A stretch of 63,750 bases of DNA, the filler included, from Octopus bimaculoides (lineage: Eukaryota): the NCBI RefSeq assembly GCF_001194135.2. It is 8 parts of 8 records of this genome, joined end to end, with 100 filler letters (N's around TTAATTAATTAA, not from the genome) between each part and the next. Parts side by side here need not be neighbours in the genome. Positions count along the whole stretch, not along the records: positions 1 to 15,902 come from NC_068981.1; positions 16,003 to 19,987 come from NC_068989.1; positions 20,088 to 23,154 come from NC_068984.1; positions 23,255 to 49,223 come from NC_068985.1; 4 more parts are not named here. One strand, 5' to 3'. The translations under genes and the position numbers were made by a program. Under the pieces are notes generated by a model. The model saw nothing but the letters and a program-made list of their open reading frames with translations, searched no databases and was not told where the DNA came from. Shown one piece after another: positions 13,173 through 24,979 of the stretch; position 1 is the stretch's first letter; each line of letters opens with the position of its first letter.

Positions 13173-15842
13173 CAGAAAAATATATCCGTCTTCAGATACA
13201 GACATTTACTATTTGACTGTCCGAGTCTATGGCTGAAGCAGTTTGCTGTTGCAATATCCTCCGTATCAAATCATTAAAAGTTTATTTTTTATTGAAGAGA
13301 AATTTGAAAAATAAAAATAATGTCATGCACGTATTCATATATCTTCAACATGTCACTGGAAATTGCTGATATTAATAATGTGTTGACTCATTTGCATGAT
13401 GCGAGTTACAAAACATCAAAAGTTTCCCTCGGGTTTATCAAACCAAAACATCAGGACTGGTTTAACCAGAATAATCTTTAAATTACAGGACACCTGAAAA
13501 GCCCCCATCGATTTCCTAGATATCAATATTAAAGCAACTACTTCTCAAGAGAAGTATTATTGTACTAAACGATTGTACATTCTTATCCTGTTGCAGCTAT
13601 GTAGACTGTATTACCAGAAAGATAAATATCTTACCCATGGATGCAATTGTTTCTGAATATAGATTGTTGATCATTTTCCTGGATGTTCAGTTCCTTACTA
13701 TTTGGGCGCCCATGATGTATCATATATATATGCATTTAAACAACTTTGATTTATTCAGGTAAAACACAGTCACACAATCTCTAGCATAGATACTCTCGAT
13801 CTCTCCCTTCTCTCTCCCTCCTCATCTTTCTCCTTAGCATTCGTAGATAGATTTTAATAACGAGATATAGATAAGTCAATTTTCTTATTTGAACTTTCAT
13901 ATTCAAATAACAAGAAAATAATTTCAGTATTTTTCCTTATCTTTATTTTGTTAAGAATTACTTTTTACTTCTATTTCTCTTACTTTCCTAACGTAAAGAG
14001 AAGAACCAAAAAAATCACAGAGAGACCTAGAGAAGTGAAAGTAATTATCAGAAAATAAAATAAATTAGTAATTTCTAAGTAAAGGCAAATAGAAAAAAAA
14101 AACGTTTACGAAAGTTTATTGGCATCAAATCATGAATTCAGGCATTATCATGATTAAACCTCGAAGATCAATGACAGAGATAGAATAAGACTTGTCTTTT
14201 TATCTGTTTTATCTCAGTCCTCATCTTCCCTAGACAGCGAAAAGGTGATGAAATAGATCATAGATAGAGGATTTAAATGTTTTAAGTTGCCGTCCGTATT
14301 GCCAATGGAATGGTAGTAGTTGATTGTAAGTTGAGAGCAACCAATAGACTGAACAATCGATCTTTTGAGAATAAATTGATAGGTAGATAGATATATAGAT
14401 TTATAGACAGACAAATAGTTGTAAATTAGGTAGGTGAATTAGATGGGTAGATAGAGTGGTAAATAAACTGGTAGATAGATAAGTATTTAATTTAATTGTC
14501 TCAGTTATTAAATTACAAAATAATAGCTTTAATGGGTGCATATATAACCTTCTATTGTATATAATTGATGGAAAATGCAAAGACCTCAAACCAAAGAGGT
14601 GATAGTTACACACCAACACCGTGTTATTGAAATTAGTCAGGCGATCATAGTCTTAACTGTCTTCTAAAAGAAACCAGAGAGAGTAAGACAGGAAACAATT
14701 GAGTATTGATCATAGAAATAAAAGTAGTTTGACAAAAAGAAGTATAAATGTATAAAGTAAGAAAGAGAACAAAGGAAAGAAAGAAGGGACGAAAAGAACG
14801 AGCCCATCATAACTTTCTGAAACTACATATGTGTAATTCTATTTTCCATTTTGCAAAAGCGTTTTAGCTTGAAACGGTGATGAGTTTTCTTTCTCTACAG
14901 CGATGAATGCACATACTATACTTTATAGTTAACTCATCAGTAGCTACCCTTATGTGGTATTTTTTTTATTTATTGCTGACATTAAGGAAGCAGTTAAACA
15001 ATTGTTTCCGAGAACGTGTGTATGTGTGTCTATTAAGCCTCACAATACTATAGCCAGTATAGCAGTATCTAAAACAATATATGGTGTCTTTTGACCTGCC
15101 AAGTATAGTAGCCAAATCTCCCTTAGATCACATTCTGTTGTGTTAGGAAAGGACACAACGTAATGCAGTATGTGTAACAGTGCGTTTGAAAGCGAAATAT
15201 AGAGGACAAGAATAGAATTAGGATTAATCTAGTACTAAACTACAACAATAACATTTTATTTATTTATATACTTTATGTATCTTAACGGTGTTAGTTTTGG
15301 TCGTAAATCGATCTAAGAATAATTGAGATATTAAAATGTGTTTCGAAAGTAGCTATTGTGAAACAGACTTGTGAAGCACTTTTGAATATTTTGTTTAATT
15401 GTTGGACAGTTTCTGAATAGCCCACTGCCCGTAAGCTACATACAATTGAAATATACTACATAGAAATAAAATTGAAATATGAGAATATAAGTAGAAATAG
15501 AATAAAAATTAATACATAGATATTATATGATGTAACGTTTATCATTGCTTAATAAATGATTTATCAAAGTATCCTGACAATTGACTAGAAATTTAAACTC
15601 TAATTAATATTGAACAAATTTTATATATTATTAAATCTTTACTTTACCTGTTTTCTGTTACATCTTACTACATGTGCACATACAGAAACGTATACACCTA
15701 CACATTTACACACATACGCATGCACACCGCACACATATACATGTACATATACATAATGCATACATACGAACATGCACATGCACAATATAAACGTACAAAG
15801 TTATTAGTACGCTTATATGTGTATATATATATATATATATGT

Positions 15843-15902
<60 letters not shown>

Positions 15903-16002
15903 NNNNNNNNNNNNNNNNNNNNNNNNNNNNNNNNNNNNNNNNNNNNTTAATTAATTAANNNNNNNNNNNNNNNNNNNNNNNNNNNNNNNNNNNNNNNNNN
16001 NN
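15903..16002. other. Artificial scaffolding spacer N44-TTAATTAATTAA-N44 (12-mer here at 15947; also at 20032, 23199, 49268, 52740, 55171, 62152)
   Basis: Identical 44+12+44 = 100 structure in all seven places; the palindrome puts stop codons in all six frames. Confidence 0.95.
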
Positions 16003-16031
16003 TTATATTATTATTATTATTACTATTATTA

Positions 16032-16303
16032 GGCGTAGTGGTTAAGAGCGTGGGCTACTAACTCCAAGGTTCCGAGTTCGATTCAAGGCAGCGACCTGAT
16101 TAATAATAGTAATAATATAATAATAGTAACATCGTTAGGAATGAGAACCCAGGTTCGAAATTTCCCCAAGACACCTGACGAAGGCTGGAGGATATATCAG
16201 CCGAAACGTTGTGTTGACAACAAACAAGACGAGGACAAATATCCGTCAAATGTAAATAATGTAAATAATGTAAATAATTCCTCATCTCTTAAATATAGAA
16301 CTG
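16032..16303 (+). mobile_element. Composite SINE-like element: tRNA-like head, AAT spacer, Penelope-type tail
   Basis: A-box ggcgtagtgg and B-box gagttcgattc in 16032-16095; the tail is homologous to the reverse complement of 39205-39390. Confidence 0.75.
16170..16215 (+). ncRNA. Minimal type I hammerhead ribozyme motif (Penelope-like-element type)
   Basis: Stem I gacac (16170-74)/gtgtt (16211-15); CTGACGA core (16175-81); stem II ggctg/cagcc; GAAA (16203-06); palindromic ACGT helix III; GUU cleavage triplet. Confidence 0.7.
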
Positions 16304-16404
16304 TATTATCAGGAGTTTAGCCCTTAAGAATTTTGGATCTCTCCACGATGTAGATTTTGCAACGGCCACTTCCATTAATATATGGGCCTGGATGATCTAT
16401 GATA

Positions 16405-17683
16405 CAAGGTGGGAACAAATTTTATGGACATCAATGTGTTCGTATTGAATTTGCATTTGTCAAAATCAAGTGTGGAAAGCAACATCCATCATGTGGTGTC
16501 CATTTTCATTGATGCATTTCTGAGGGTGTTCTTGGAAGTTGGCCTCCACTCTCCCCAGGATTGCTCTGTCGATTTGGTTGACTTCCATGTGAATAGCTTC
16601 CTTCAAATCATCCAATGTATGGGGCTTATGCACATATACATGTGCCTTGAGGTTTCCCCACAAGAAATAGTTACACATGGACAAATCAAGGGATTGAGGG
16701 GACCAAGGAATGTCAGCAAACCTGGAAATGAAGCGGTCACTGAAGAGAAGGTAGAGAATGTCTATTGATGTCTGGCTGTGTGGGCCATTGCCCCATCCCG
16801 CTGAAACCTCACACGTCGAATAGGCATACATTTTCATCATAATTCAGGCACAAAGAAATTGTTTATCATCTCGATGTAATACTTGGAGTTCTCAGTAATA
16901 GCATTTCCATTATTGTCTTCAAAGCAGTAAGGACCAATGGCGGTAGCTTTTCCAACAGCACACTAGATCGTCACATTTGGGCTGTGCAGTGGTCTTTTGT
17001 GCAGTTCTCTCAGATTTTCAAGAGCCCAATCATGAAAATTCTCTTAATTCACCATGCCACTGAGACAGAAATGAGCTTCATCACTCATTAACAAAATGAG
17101 GTTGTCATCTGCCTCAAATATTGCTTCCATCTGATGTATGAAGTTAAGCTGCTGTGCATAATAATCCCATGCTTTCAACCGTTGCCAAATGACCAATTTC
17201 TAAGGGTGGAAATTCAGGTCTTCATGCAAAATATGCTTTACATATCGATTACTGATGCCAAGTTCAGTGGAATGCCTCTAAGCAGAGCGATTCAAACTCA
17301 AAGCTTGTCTGAGGTGTTCCACATTTTTTGAGATCTGTACTGTCTGTGGTACTCCCATTGGTCTCCTATTCATTAGTGTACCTTGTGTATGAAGTGTAGT
17401 CACCTAATGTAAGATTGTGTTATGGATGGGAACAGCCTCATTTCAGTGAATGTTGAAGTGACACAAAAACTCATGCTGAACTGCTGCGACAGATTCGTTA
17501 TTCTTCACACAACTGTCATAGGCAAACACACGATTCTCTATTGTGCACAGTGCCATGGCTTCACCTGAAAAGAAAAAAAGATGCTAAGACACCAAGGACC
17601 AACTGGTACCTGTCAAACATATGTCCCTCCTCCTGGAACTGAGTAATGGCCATTTCAAAAATGTCCGTTCTCTTTACACCACC
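16405..17683 (-). mobile_element. Decayed Tc1/mariner-superfamily element, DD41D (rosa-like), DUF4817-type HTH; one end runs into a gap
   Basis: MALCTIENRVFAY..NNESVAAVQHEF..FNIH; FQRDGAMAHTAR...ISRFADIPWSPQSLDLSMCNYFLWG; about 41 residues from D to the mutated third D across a 1-nt frameshift; TA-caaggtgg terminus. Confidence 0.75.
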
Positions 17684-18323
17684 NNNNNNNNNNNNNNNNN
17701 NNNNNNNNNNNNNNNNNNNNNNNNNNNNNNNNNNNNNNNNNNNNNNNNNNNNNNNNNNNNNNNNNNNNNNNNNNNNNNNNNNNNNNNNNNNNNNNNNNNN
17801 NNNNNNNNNNNNNNNNNNNNNNNNNNNNNNNNNNNNNNNNNNNNNNNNNNNNNNNNNNNNNNNNNNNNNNNNNNNNNNNNNNNNNNNNNNNNNNNNNNNN
17901 NNNNNNNNNNNNNNNNNNNNNNNNNNNNNNNNNNNNNNNNNNNNNNNNNNNNNNNNNNNNNNNNNNNNNNNNNNNNNNNNNNNNNNNNNNNNNNNNNNNN
18001 NNNNNNNNNNNNNNNNNNNNNNNNNNNNNNNNNNNNNNNNNNNNNNNNNNNNNNNNNNNNNNNNNNNNNNNNNNNNNNNNNNNNNNNNNNNNNNNNNNNN
18101 NNNNNNNNNNNNNNNNNNNNNNNNNNNNNNNNNNNNNNNNNNNNNNNNNNNNNNNNNNNNNNNNNNNNNNNNNNNNNNNNNNNNNNNNNNNNNNNNNNNN
18201 NNNNNNNNNNNNNNNNNNNNNNNNNNNNNNNNNNNNNNNNNNNNNNNNNNNNNNNNNNNNNNNNNNNNNNNNNNNNNNNNNNNNNNNNNNNNNNNNNNNN
18301 NNNNNNNNNNNNNNNNNNNNNNN

Positions 18324-18369
<46 letters not shown>

Positions 18370-18375
18370 TACACA

Positions 18376-19204
18376 CAAGGTGCGGTGAATAAACTGTTGT
18401 CTAAATTATGCAAAAATGAAAATAACACTAACATCTCATTTTAACAGATATATTTACCAAAATTACATAATATCTTGAAATACAAATCAATAAATTTATT
18501 CAATAAAATCGCCATTAGCTTCAACCATGCCTCTAGACGACTTTAGAATTTCCTGCAACTCTTCTGCATGGTCTCTTTGTTTAAATTGGTCAATGCTGCC
18601 ATAATCCTTGCTTTCAGTTCATCTTTGGTGTTATAAGGAGTTTTGTTGGTCTCTCGCTCAACTGTGCCCCACACCTAATAATCAAGGAGGTTGCAGTCTG
18701 GGAACTCAGGTGGCCAGATGTTCGGAGTGATATGGTCACAGAAATTGTCTGACAGCCATGACTGGGTTCTCTTTGTGTGGCATGGTGCAGAGTCCTGTTG
18801 CAGTCACCCAGGACAGCACTACCTTCTTCAGGCACTTGATATAGGCCTCTGTGTTGAGTCTGAAGCTGTGTGGGAAGATGAATGGAAGCATAATATCACC
18901 ATCACTAGTGATCAGTCCGAACACCATGATACTGACTCTTGGTATATGTTCTTAGATTGCACTGCCCTCAGATCGACATCCAAACACTCTGAAATGTTCG
19001 TATTGGAGCTTCTGGTGTGAGTGGCAAGCAATTCTGCATGTCATTCCCAAATTTCTGGCAGAGTGGATTGTGGTCATGATACTGTTTTTCTCACAGACAG
19101 TGCCCAACTGGCCCTACTATATTGTGTAGTGGACAAAATCAAAAACAATGTGCATGCGCAAAATTGAAAATATAAAATGGCAACGATTTACCCATTGCCC
19201 CCTG
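18376..19204 (-). mobile_element. Internally deleted maT/DD37D-like transposon
   Basis: Diverged TIRs caaggtgcggtgaataaactgttgtc / ggcaacgatttacccattgccccctg-TA; IMVFGLITSDG, QQDSAPCHT, IWPPEFPDCNLLDY (36 residues D-to-D in this copy), EANGDFIE*. Confidence 0.8.
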
Positions 19205-20087
19205 TATACACACATACACACACGTGTGTGTGTGTGCGTATGTGTATAGATTTGTATAACCCATGCTAGCATAGAAAAGTGATATAAAGGCATATATTAT
19301 ATGTATATATATACATAAACACAAACACACACACACATATATATATATGAACTCACACACACACACATGTCTATATGTCTGTAAATGTGTGTGTGCATGC
19401 GTGTGTGTGTGTCAGGGGAGGTGCATGACTATGTTTGTGTGTATATAAAAGCAATCGAAAGCAATAGAAGTTAGACTTTGAAAACAGGAACCAATGTAAA
19501 GTAGCAACAGTTTTACCAATTATTCAAGAGAGTAGATAAGAAGACAGTGCCAATAATTCTAAGAGAGGCATACCTTTAATATCCTGAGTGAATTGAATTT
19601 TTTTGCTAATGTCTCAAAGATTAATAATTAGTAACTTTTAGCTTTTGATTTCCCAGGAGATAAGTAATATCTTTCTTGCAAACAAGATTAAAAATTGCCA
19701 GATAATCACTGGAATTCAAGGTGATTAGTGGTGCTGGTCAGACTGTAATGTATGCCAAACCACACCTTTTGTTCCCCCCTCCTCATGCTCTACCCACATC
19801 TTCCTTACTATTTTCCAACATTTTGCTTTCATTCTTTTGTCTCTCCACTGTTTACAATGTTTATGGTTATGAGGTTGTACATACATAAATACACACACAC
19901 ACACATATATATATATATACATATGCATATAATGAGGTTGTATACACATATACACACACAAATATATATATGCATATTTTTTCATTCNNNNNNNNNNNNN
20001 NNNNNNNNNNNNNNNNNNNNNNNNNNNNNNNTTAATTAATTAANNNNNNNNNNNNNNNNNNNNNNNNNNNNNNNNNNNNNNNNNNNN

Positions 20088-20139
<52 letters not shown>

Positions 20140-20443
20140 TGTATGTATGTATGTACGCATACACCCATATTTATGTCAGGTCACTCTTGAGCGCTACTGG
20201 TAACAGGTAATCCAGTTCAACCTGTTACACGATCGGGTCGTCGGTGATTATACTGACAGCACCACCGAGCTTACTTGGTGAGGTGGGTGATTGTTGGAGA
20301 CACAAAAATTAAAACCCGTGAAAGGGCGAAGGAACTCATTGAGTAGCCAGTGGCCAAGGAACAATGTATGCATATGTATATATTGTTTATGTGTGTGTGT
20401 ATGTGTTTATATATATGCATCTATATGTATATATCTATCTGTT

Positions 20444-20484
<41 letters not shown>

Positions 20485-20751
20485 GATGTGCCGTTTAGAT
20501 AGGCAAGGTAGGCAGTGCCTACCTTGAATAAAATAGATCGATAGTAATATTTTCCTTTCATGGCAAAACATGCACCTAATTCAATAAAATTACTATGACT
20601 ACTATGCATTAAATGCAAAATGTATTATTTTTTTGTTGATTAGGCACGCATAATTCGCCCCTGCCTTTCAATTTCAATATTAAAACTACGTATAGTACTG
20701 CTGTAGTACACGTGCTGCGTACATTCCTACTACGACGTTTTCTTTACGCGC

Positions 20752-20787
20752 TATAAAGGCAGAAGTACTTCTACCTCAAACTCAGTC
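20752..20787 (+). promoter_or_regulatory. Candidate Pol II core promoter (TATA plus initiator)
   Basis: TATAAA at 20752-57 and TCAGTC (TCAKTY Inr) with its A at 20784, a -32 spacing; locally CpG-rich; CACGTG ~40 bp upstream. Confidence 0.4.
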
Positions 20788-20834
20788 GCGCGCCTGTGTT
20801 TTTTTGTTCTTTTTTTTTTATGCGTGTTTTACTA

Positions 20835-22116
20835 TAAGGTTGTCAAGAAGGTTCTTACGGAATATTTTATTTTGGTTTTAAATTATGTATTTTTAAATCA
20901 ATTCCCGTTAAATTACTTTGACTTTATATATCATTTTAAAGCCCGTTTTTTGCTCTATCTAATTGTGTTATTCTTTTTCTTTTTGAATAATTAGGCCATT
21001 TTTTCCGGAACGTTGAATACAACATGTACAAAAAGCAAATTCGCACAGTTTTCTTATTCCAGTTCAAGCTAGGCCGAAAAGCTGCTGAAACAGCTCGTGA
21101 TATAAACGATGCGTTTTGCCCAGAAACCACTAATGAACGTACAGCCCAATGGTGGTTCAAGAAATTTCGTAGCAATGACGAGAGTCTTGAAGATGATAAG
21201 AGTAGTGGTCGGCCATCGGATTTTGACAACGATCGACTAAGAGCATTAGCCGAAGCCAATCCACGCACAACTGTTCGAGACCTTGCTTCTGAATTAGACG
21301 TAAAGTACACGACAATTTCCAACCACTTGAAAGATATTGGAAAAACAAAAATACTTGAGAAATGGGTGCCGCACGAATTGAACGACAACCAAACAAAACG
21401 CTGTTTTGAAGTGTCATCTTCCCTTTTACGCAACAAGAACAACCCGTTTCTTGACCGGATTGTGACTTGTGATGAAAAGTGGATTCTTTACGACAACCTG
21501 CGATGCTCAGCTCAGTGGTTGGACGCCAACGAAGCTCAAAGACACTTCTCAATGCCAAAGTTGCACCAAAGGAAAGTCATGGTGACTGTTTGGTCGTCTG
21601 CGGCCCGTCTCATCCATCACAGTTTTTTTTTGGATCCAGGCGAAACCATTACGGCGGAGAAGTACTGTCAGCAAATGGATGAAATGCATAAGAAACTCCG
21701 ACAACAGCAAGTATTGGTCAATAGAAAAGGATCAATTCTTCTCCATGACAACGCTCGGCCGTACGTCGCACAACTGATCCTGCAGAAGTTGAACGAATTG
21801 GGCTACGAAACTCTGCTTCATCCGCCATACTCAGCAGACCACTCACCTACCGACTACCACATTTTCAAGCATCTCAACAACTTCCCGCGTGAGAAATGCT
21901 TCAGAAACCAAGACGATGCCAAACACGCCTTCAACGACTTCATCGCCACCAGGATGCAGGATTTTTACACTACTGGCATAAATAAACTTGTTTCGCGTTG
22001 GCAAAAGTGTGTTGATTCAGATGGTGTTTATTTCGATTAATAAAGTTTTGTTTGAACCGAGATATATGCATCTGAATTTAAAGGTTAAAACCGCAAAAAC
22101 TTTCTTGACAACCTAA
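20835..22116 (+). mobile_element. Full-length (1282 bp) Hsmar1/cecropia-like mariner element
   Basis: TA TSDs at 20833-34 and 22117-18; 26-bp TIRs with 4 mismatches (taaggttgtcaagaaggttcttacgg vs ttaggttgtcaagaaagtttttgcgg). Confidence 0.95.
21024..22040 (+). CDS. Mariner DD34D transposase, 338 aa, uninterrupted ORF
   Basis: WVPHEL, TCDEKW, HDNARP and YSADHSPTD; exactly 34 residues between the second and third D. Confidence 0.9.
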   Translation: MYKKQIRTVFLFQFKLGRKAAETARDINDAFCPETTNERTAQWWFKKFRSNDESLEDDKSSGRPSDFDNDRLRALAEANPRTTVRDLASELDVKYTTISNHLKDIGKTKILEKWVPHELNDNQTKRCFEVSSSLLRNKNNPFLDRIVTCDEKWILYDNLRCSAQWLDANEAQRHFSMPKLHQRKVMVTVWSSAARLIHHSFFLDPGETITAEKYCQQMDEMHKKLRQQQVLVNRKGSILLHDNARPYVAQLILQKLNELGYETLLHPPYSADHSPTDYHIFKHLNNFPREKCFRNQDDAKHAFNDFIATRMQDFYTTGINKLVSRWQKCVDSDGVYFD

Positions 22117-22582
22117 TACATAAACGTCACCAACTACCTACTCTGACTAATTACTGACGGCAATGGCCTGATATGTATGTTGTATATTTTCAAATTTTCT
22201 TCATTTAATCATATTTTTAAATTTCTTTTTATATTCATATTTTTATACTCTTTTGTATTTCTTTTTATGGCTATGTAAATTTTTACATATTCTTTTATCT
22301 TCCCTTATGTGTGTGTGTGTGTGTGTGTGTGTTTTGTATTTATAAACCACGAGAATTGCTGTGCAAATATAAAGTTTCGACTTGTCTTTAGAGCACTGAG
22401 TATTACTAAAACTAGCAGAAAGACCACTCCCGGGCGGTTTTCTGCTAGTCCCTTGATAATATTTTCATATTTGATTCCCAATTCTAATAATTTTTTTATT
22501 TTACGTCTAGTTATTTCTTTGTGTAATAGTGCTCACTTGCTTATTAAATATTGCTTTCATTATTTTATCACAGTCATAATCT

Positions 22583-22950
22583 TGTTGTTGTTGTTGGCAC
22601 TCCGTCGCTTACAACGTTGAGGGTTCCAGTTGATCCGATCAACAGAACAGCCTGCTCGTGAAATTAACGTGCAAGTGGCTGAGCACTCCACAGACACGTG
22701 TACCATTAACGCAGTTCTCGGGGATATTCAGCGTGACACAGTGTGACAAGGCTGACCCTTTGAATTACAGGCACAACAGAAACAGAAAGTTAGAGTGAGA
22801 GAAAGTTGTGGTGAAAGAGTACAGCAGGGTTAGCCACCATCCTCTGCCGGAGTCTCGTGGAGCTTTAAGTGTATTCGCTCAATAAACACTCACAACGCCC
22901 GGTCTGGGAATCGAAACCGCGATCCTATGACAGCGAGTCCGCTGCCCAAC
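22583..22950 (-). mobile_element. tRNA-derived SINE with (CAA)n tail (same family as 51341)
   Basis: Reverse complement of 51341-51722. Confidence 0.9.
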
Positions 22951-23254
22951 AACAGAGGAAGAAGTATCCAGAAAAATGGATACTTTTTAACAAAATTTTC
23001 TACAAATACCGCTTAGATGTGACTTCAGAGTATACAGAGATTTATGAGAAAGAATTTTTCCGAGGTGGTGGAGAGAGGAGTTTCCGAAAATTCAGATATC
23101 TGACTTTTTCTCTCATAACTTTCAGGAAAAGGGATATCTTTTAATGAATGTTTANNNNNNNNNNNNNNNNNNNNNNNNNNNNNNNNNNNNNNNNNNNNTT
23201 AATTAATTAANNNNNNNNNNNNNNNNNNNNNNNNNNNNNNNNNNNNNNNNNNNN

Positions 23255-23488
23255 GATCTCAAATTTTAAAGCAAACATAATTTTCTTATGGTTTCTTAAA
23301 CATTCACTTGAACAAAACTGTACAAATCCAAATATATGGTACCCTAGGCATAACACCTACATGAACTTCTAACTTGTTGTCTCTTGAGGTCTCTGGGTGA
23401 GACTTGGATCCAACTTGTACAAATGCAAAACAAAAGTCAAACATAAAATAATAATAATAATAATAATAATTATAATATTAATAATATT

Positions 23489-23551
<63 letters not shown>

Positions 23552-23552
23552 T
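23255..23552 (+). mobile_element. Probable LINE 3' end followed by a long (AAT)n tail
   Basis: Unique sequence ending abruptly in ~105 bp of AAT, as at 138 and 26648; family not confirmed. Confidence 0.4.
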
Positions 23553-24091
23553 TCTGTGAAAATGTTACCCTCCTTTTCTGCCTTTCTGTGAAAATTTCTC
23601 CTTGACTACTCGAATACGTAAGCATTCCTTTTATTGCAGCAATTTAAACGCACGCTAAAAAAAGGAGGTAAGCACCTGCCAACATATACAAACTGCTCAA
23701 TTACGAAAATGTAAACAAGAGCAAAACCTGTAAACAGAAAAGGAACATTTTTAAAAAGTAAAAAAACAAAGAATTCGAAAGTTTAACGCTGCAAACGTCA
23801 GTATATATATTATTATTTTTCTCTCAGTAATTAAAATCAGAACAAGGTGAATTGGTTCTTTCCAAGACCAAGTTCAGCGTTCTCATTGATCACTAGTAGT
23901 AGTAAAACATATTTGACCTCTGCTGACCGCAAGGTTGTTACGCTTCTTTTGATACTTGATTGCACAGGAATTCGACACCCCATTGTTGATCTACATCTCA
24001 CCATCTGCAGAACCTATTTACAGACATGTGGAATTTAGTCCATTCACCATTCACCAAGATGCTTCTCTTTCTCGTAATATCTACTGCAACC

Positions 24092-24135
<44 letters not shown>

Positions 24136-24139
24136 TATC

Positions 24140-24346
24140 TCAAATACAAGACAAAAGTTAAAACTTTTCCACACAGTAGTTGGAGCAAAGATAGCATCTC
24201 AAGACGATTACATTACCGGTGATTGTAGGAGCACTTCAACAGAAAATTATTTGAGAATTATCCCTGGATTACCATTCAAGCAGGAAGCGCAGAAGATTGT
24301 ATTAACTGGTATGTCACACGTATTGAGAAGAGTATTGTCGCTATGA
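24140..24346 (+). mobile_element. R4/Dong-like REL C-terminal fragment
   Basis: LPVIVGAL / ENYLRIIPGLP..EAQKIVLTGMSHVLRRVLSL*. Confidence 0.7.
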
Positions 24347-24979
24347 ATTTTCTGTCCTTCCGTTTTGTCTACTTTTATATTTTTTTTATATTTTCTCTCT
24401 GTGATTCTCTTCCTTTTTCTATCATATGACTTTGTAAATGAACAATCTGGTGCGAACATTTTAATGGCCTACAAATGTATGCAGTGCGTGTCTTTGCCCT
24501 AGGTGTCAGGAAGGAACACGGCAAGAAAAGAAAACAGAATTGAAATATGATAATGGAAGTGATAATAATAGCAATAATAATTAAGGGAACCCATAACAAA
24601 ACAAAGCAAATGAACGGCGGACGGATAATCATAAATATTATAAAATAGTTGATTTAGGAGTTACACACAAAAAACGTCCATGTAACATCCCCACCACAAA
24701 TAACATACAAGAATGAACTCATACAGTAAATACCCAACAAAATTAACAAAACCCACATGTTCCATAGAAGGCCGATATCCGACATAACACAACCTGCGCT
24801 ACACAATCAACACAGAAGATAAAAAGTAATGCAAGCGAAGACTCAAACAAGACCCCATTAGAAAACGTACCGATACAATAGAATATCTCCTCCCCACCCC
24901 ACCAAACCAAAAATGCAGCACACTCCACCCCACCAAAACAAAAGTACAACAAATGATGTAATAGAAAGTTGATTGAAAC

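Noticed and set aside
13596-13759. Splice-bounded open frame YVDCITRKINILPMD...
   Set aside because: No recognisable protein; another frame looks like decayed retroelement sequence next to a small RTE-like fragment at ~13400-13490.
16032-16095. tRNA gene call here, and at 51341 and 11765
   Set aside because: A and B boxes are present but the cloverleaf is incomplete and each continues into a repeat body; these are SINE heads.
20936-21682. Alternative-frame and antisense ORFs over the mariner (and 55666-55851 over the ZNF)
   Set aside because: Shadow ORFs of the real coding strand.
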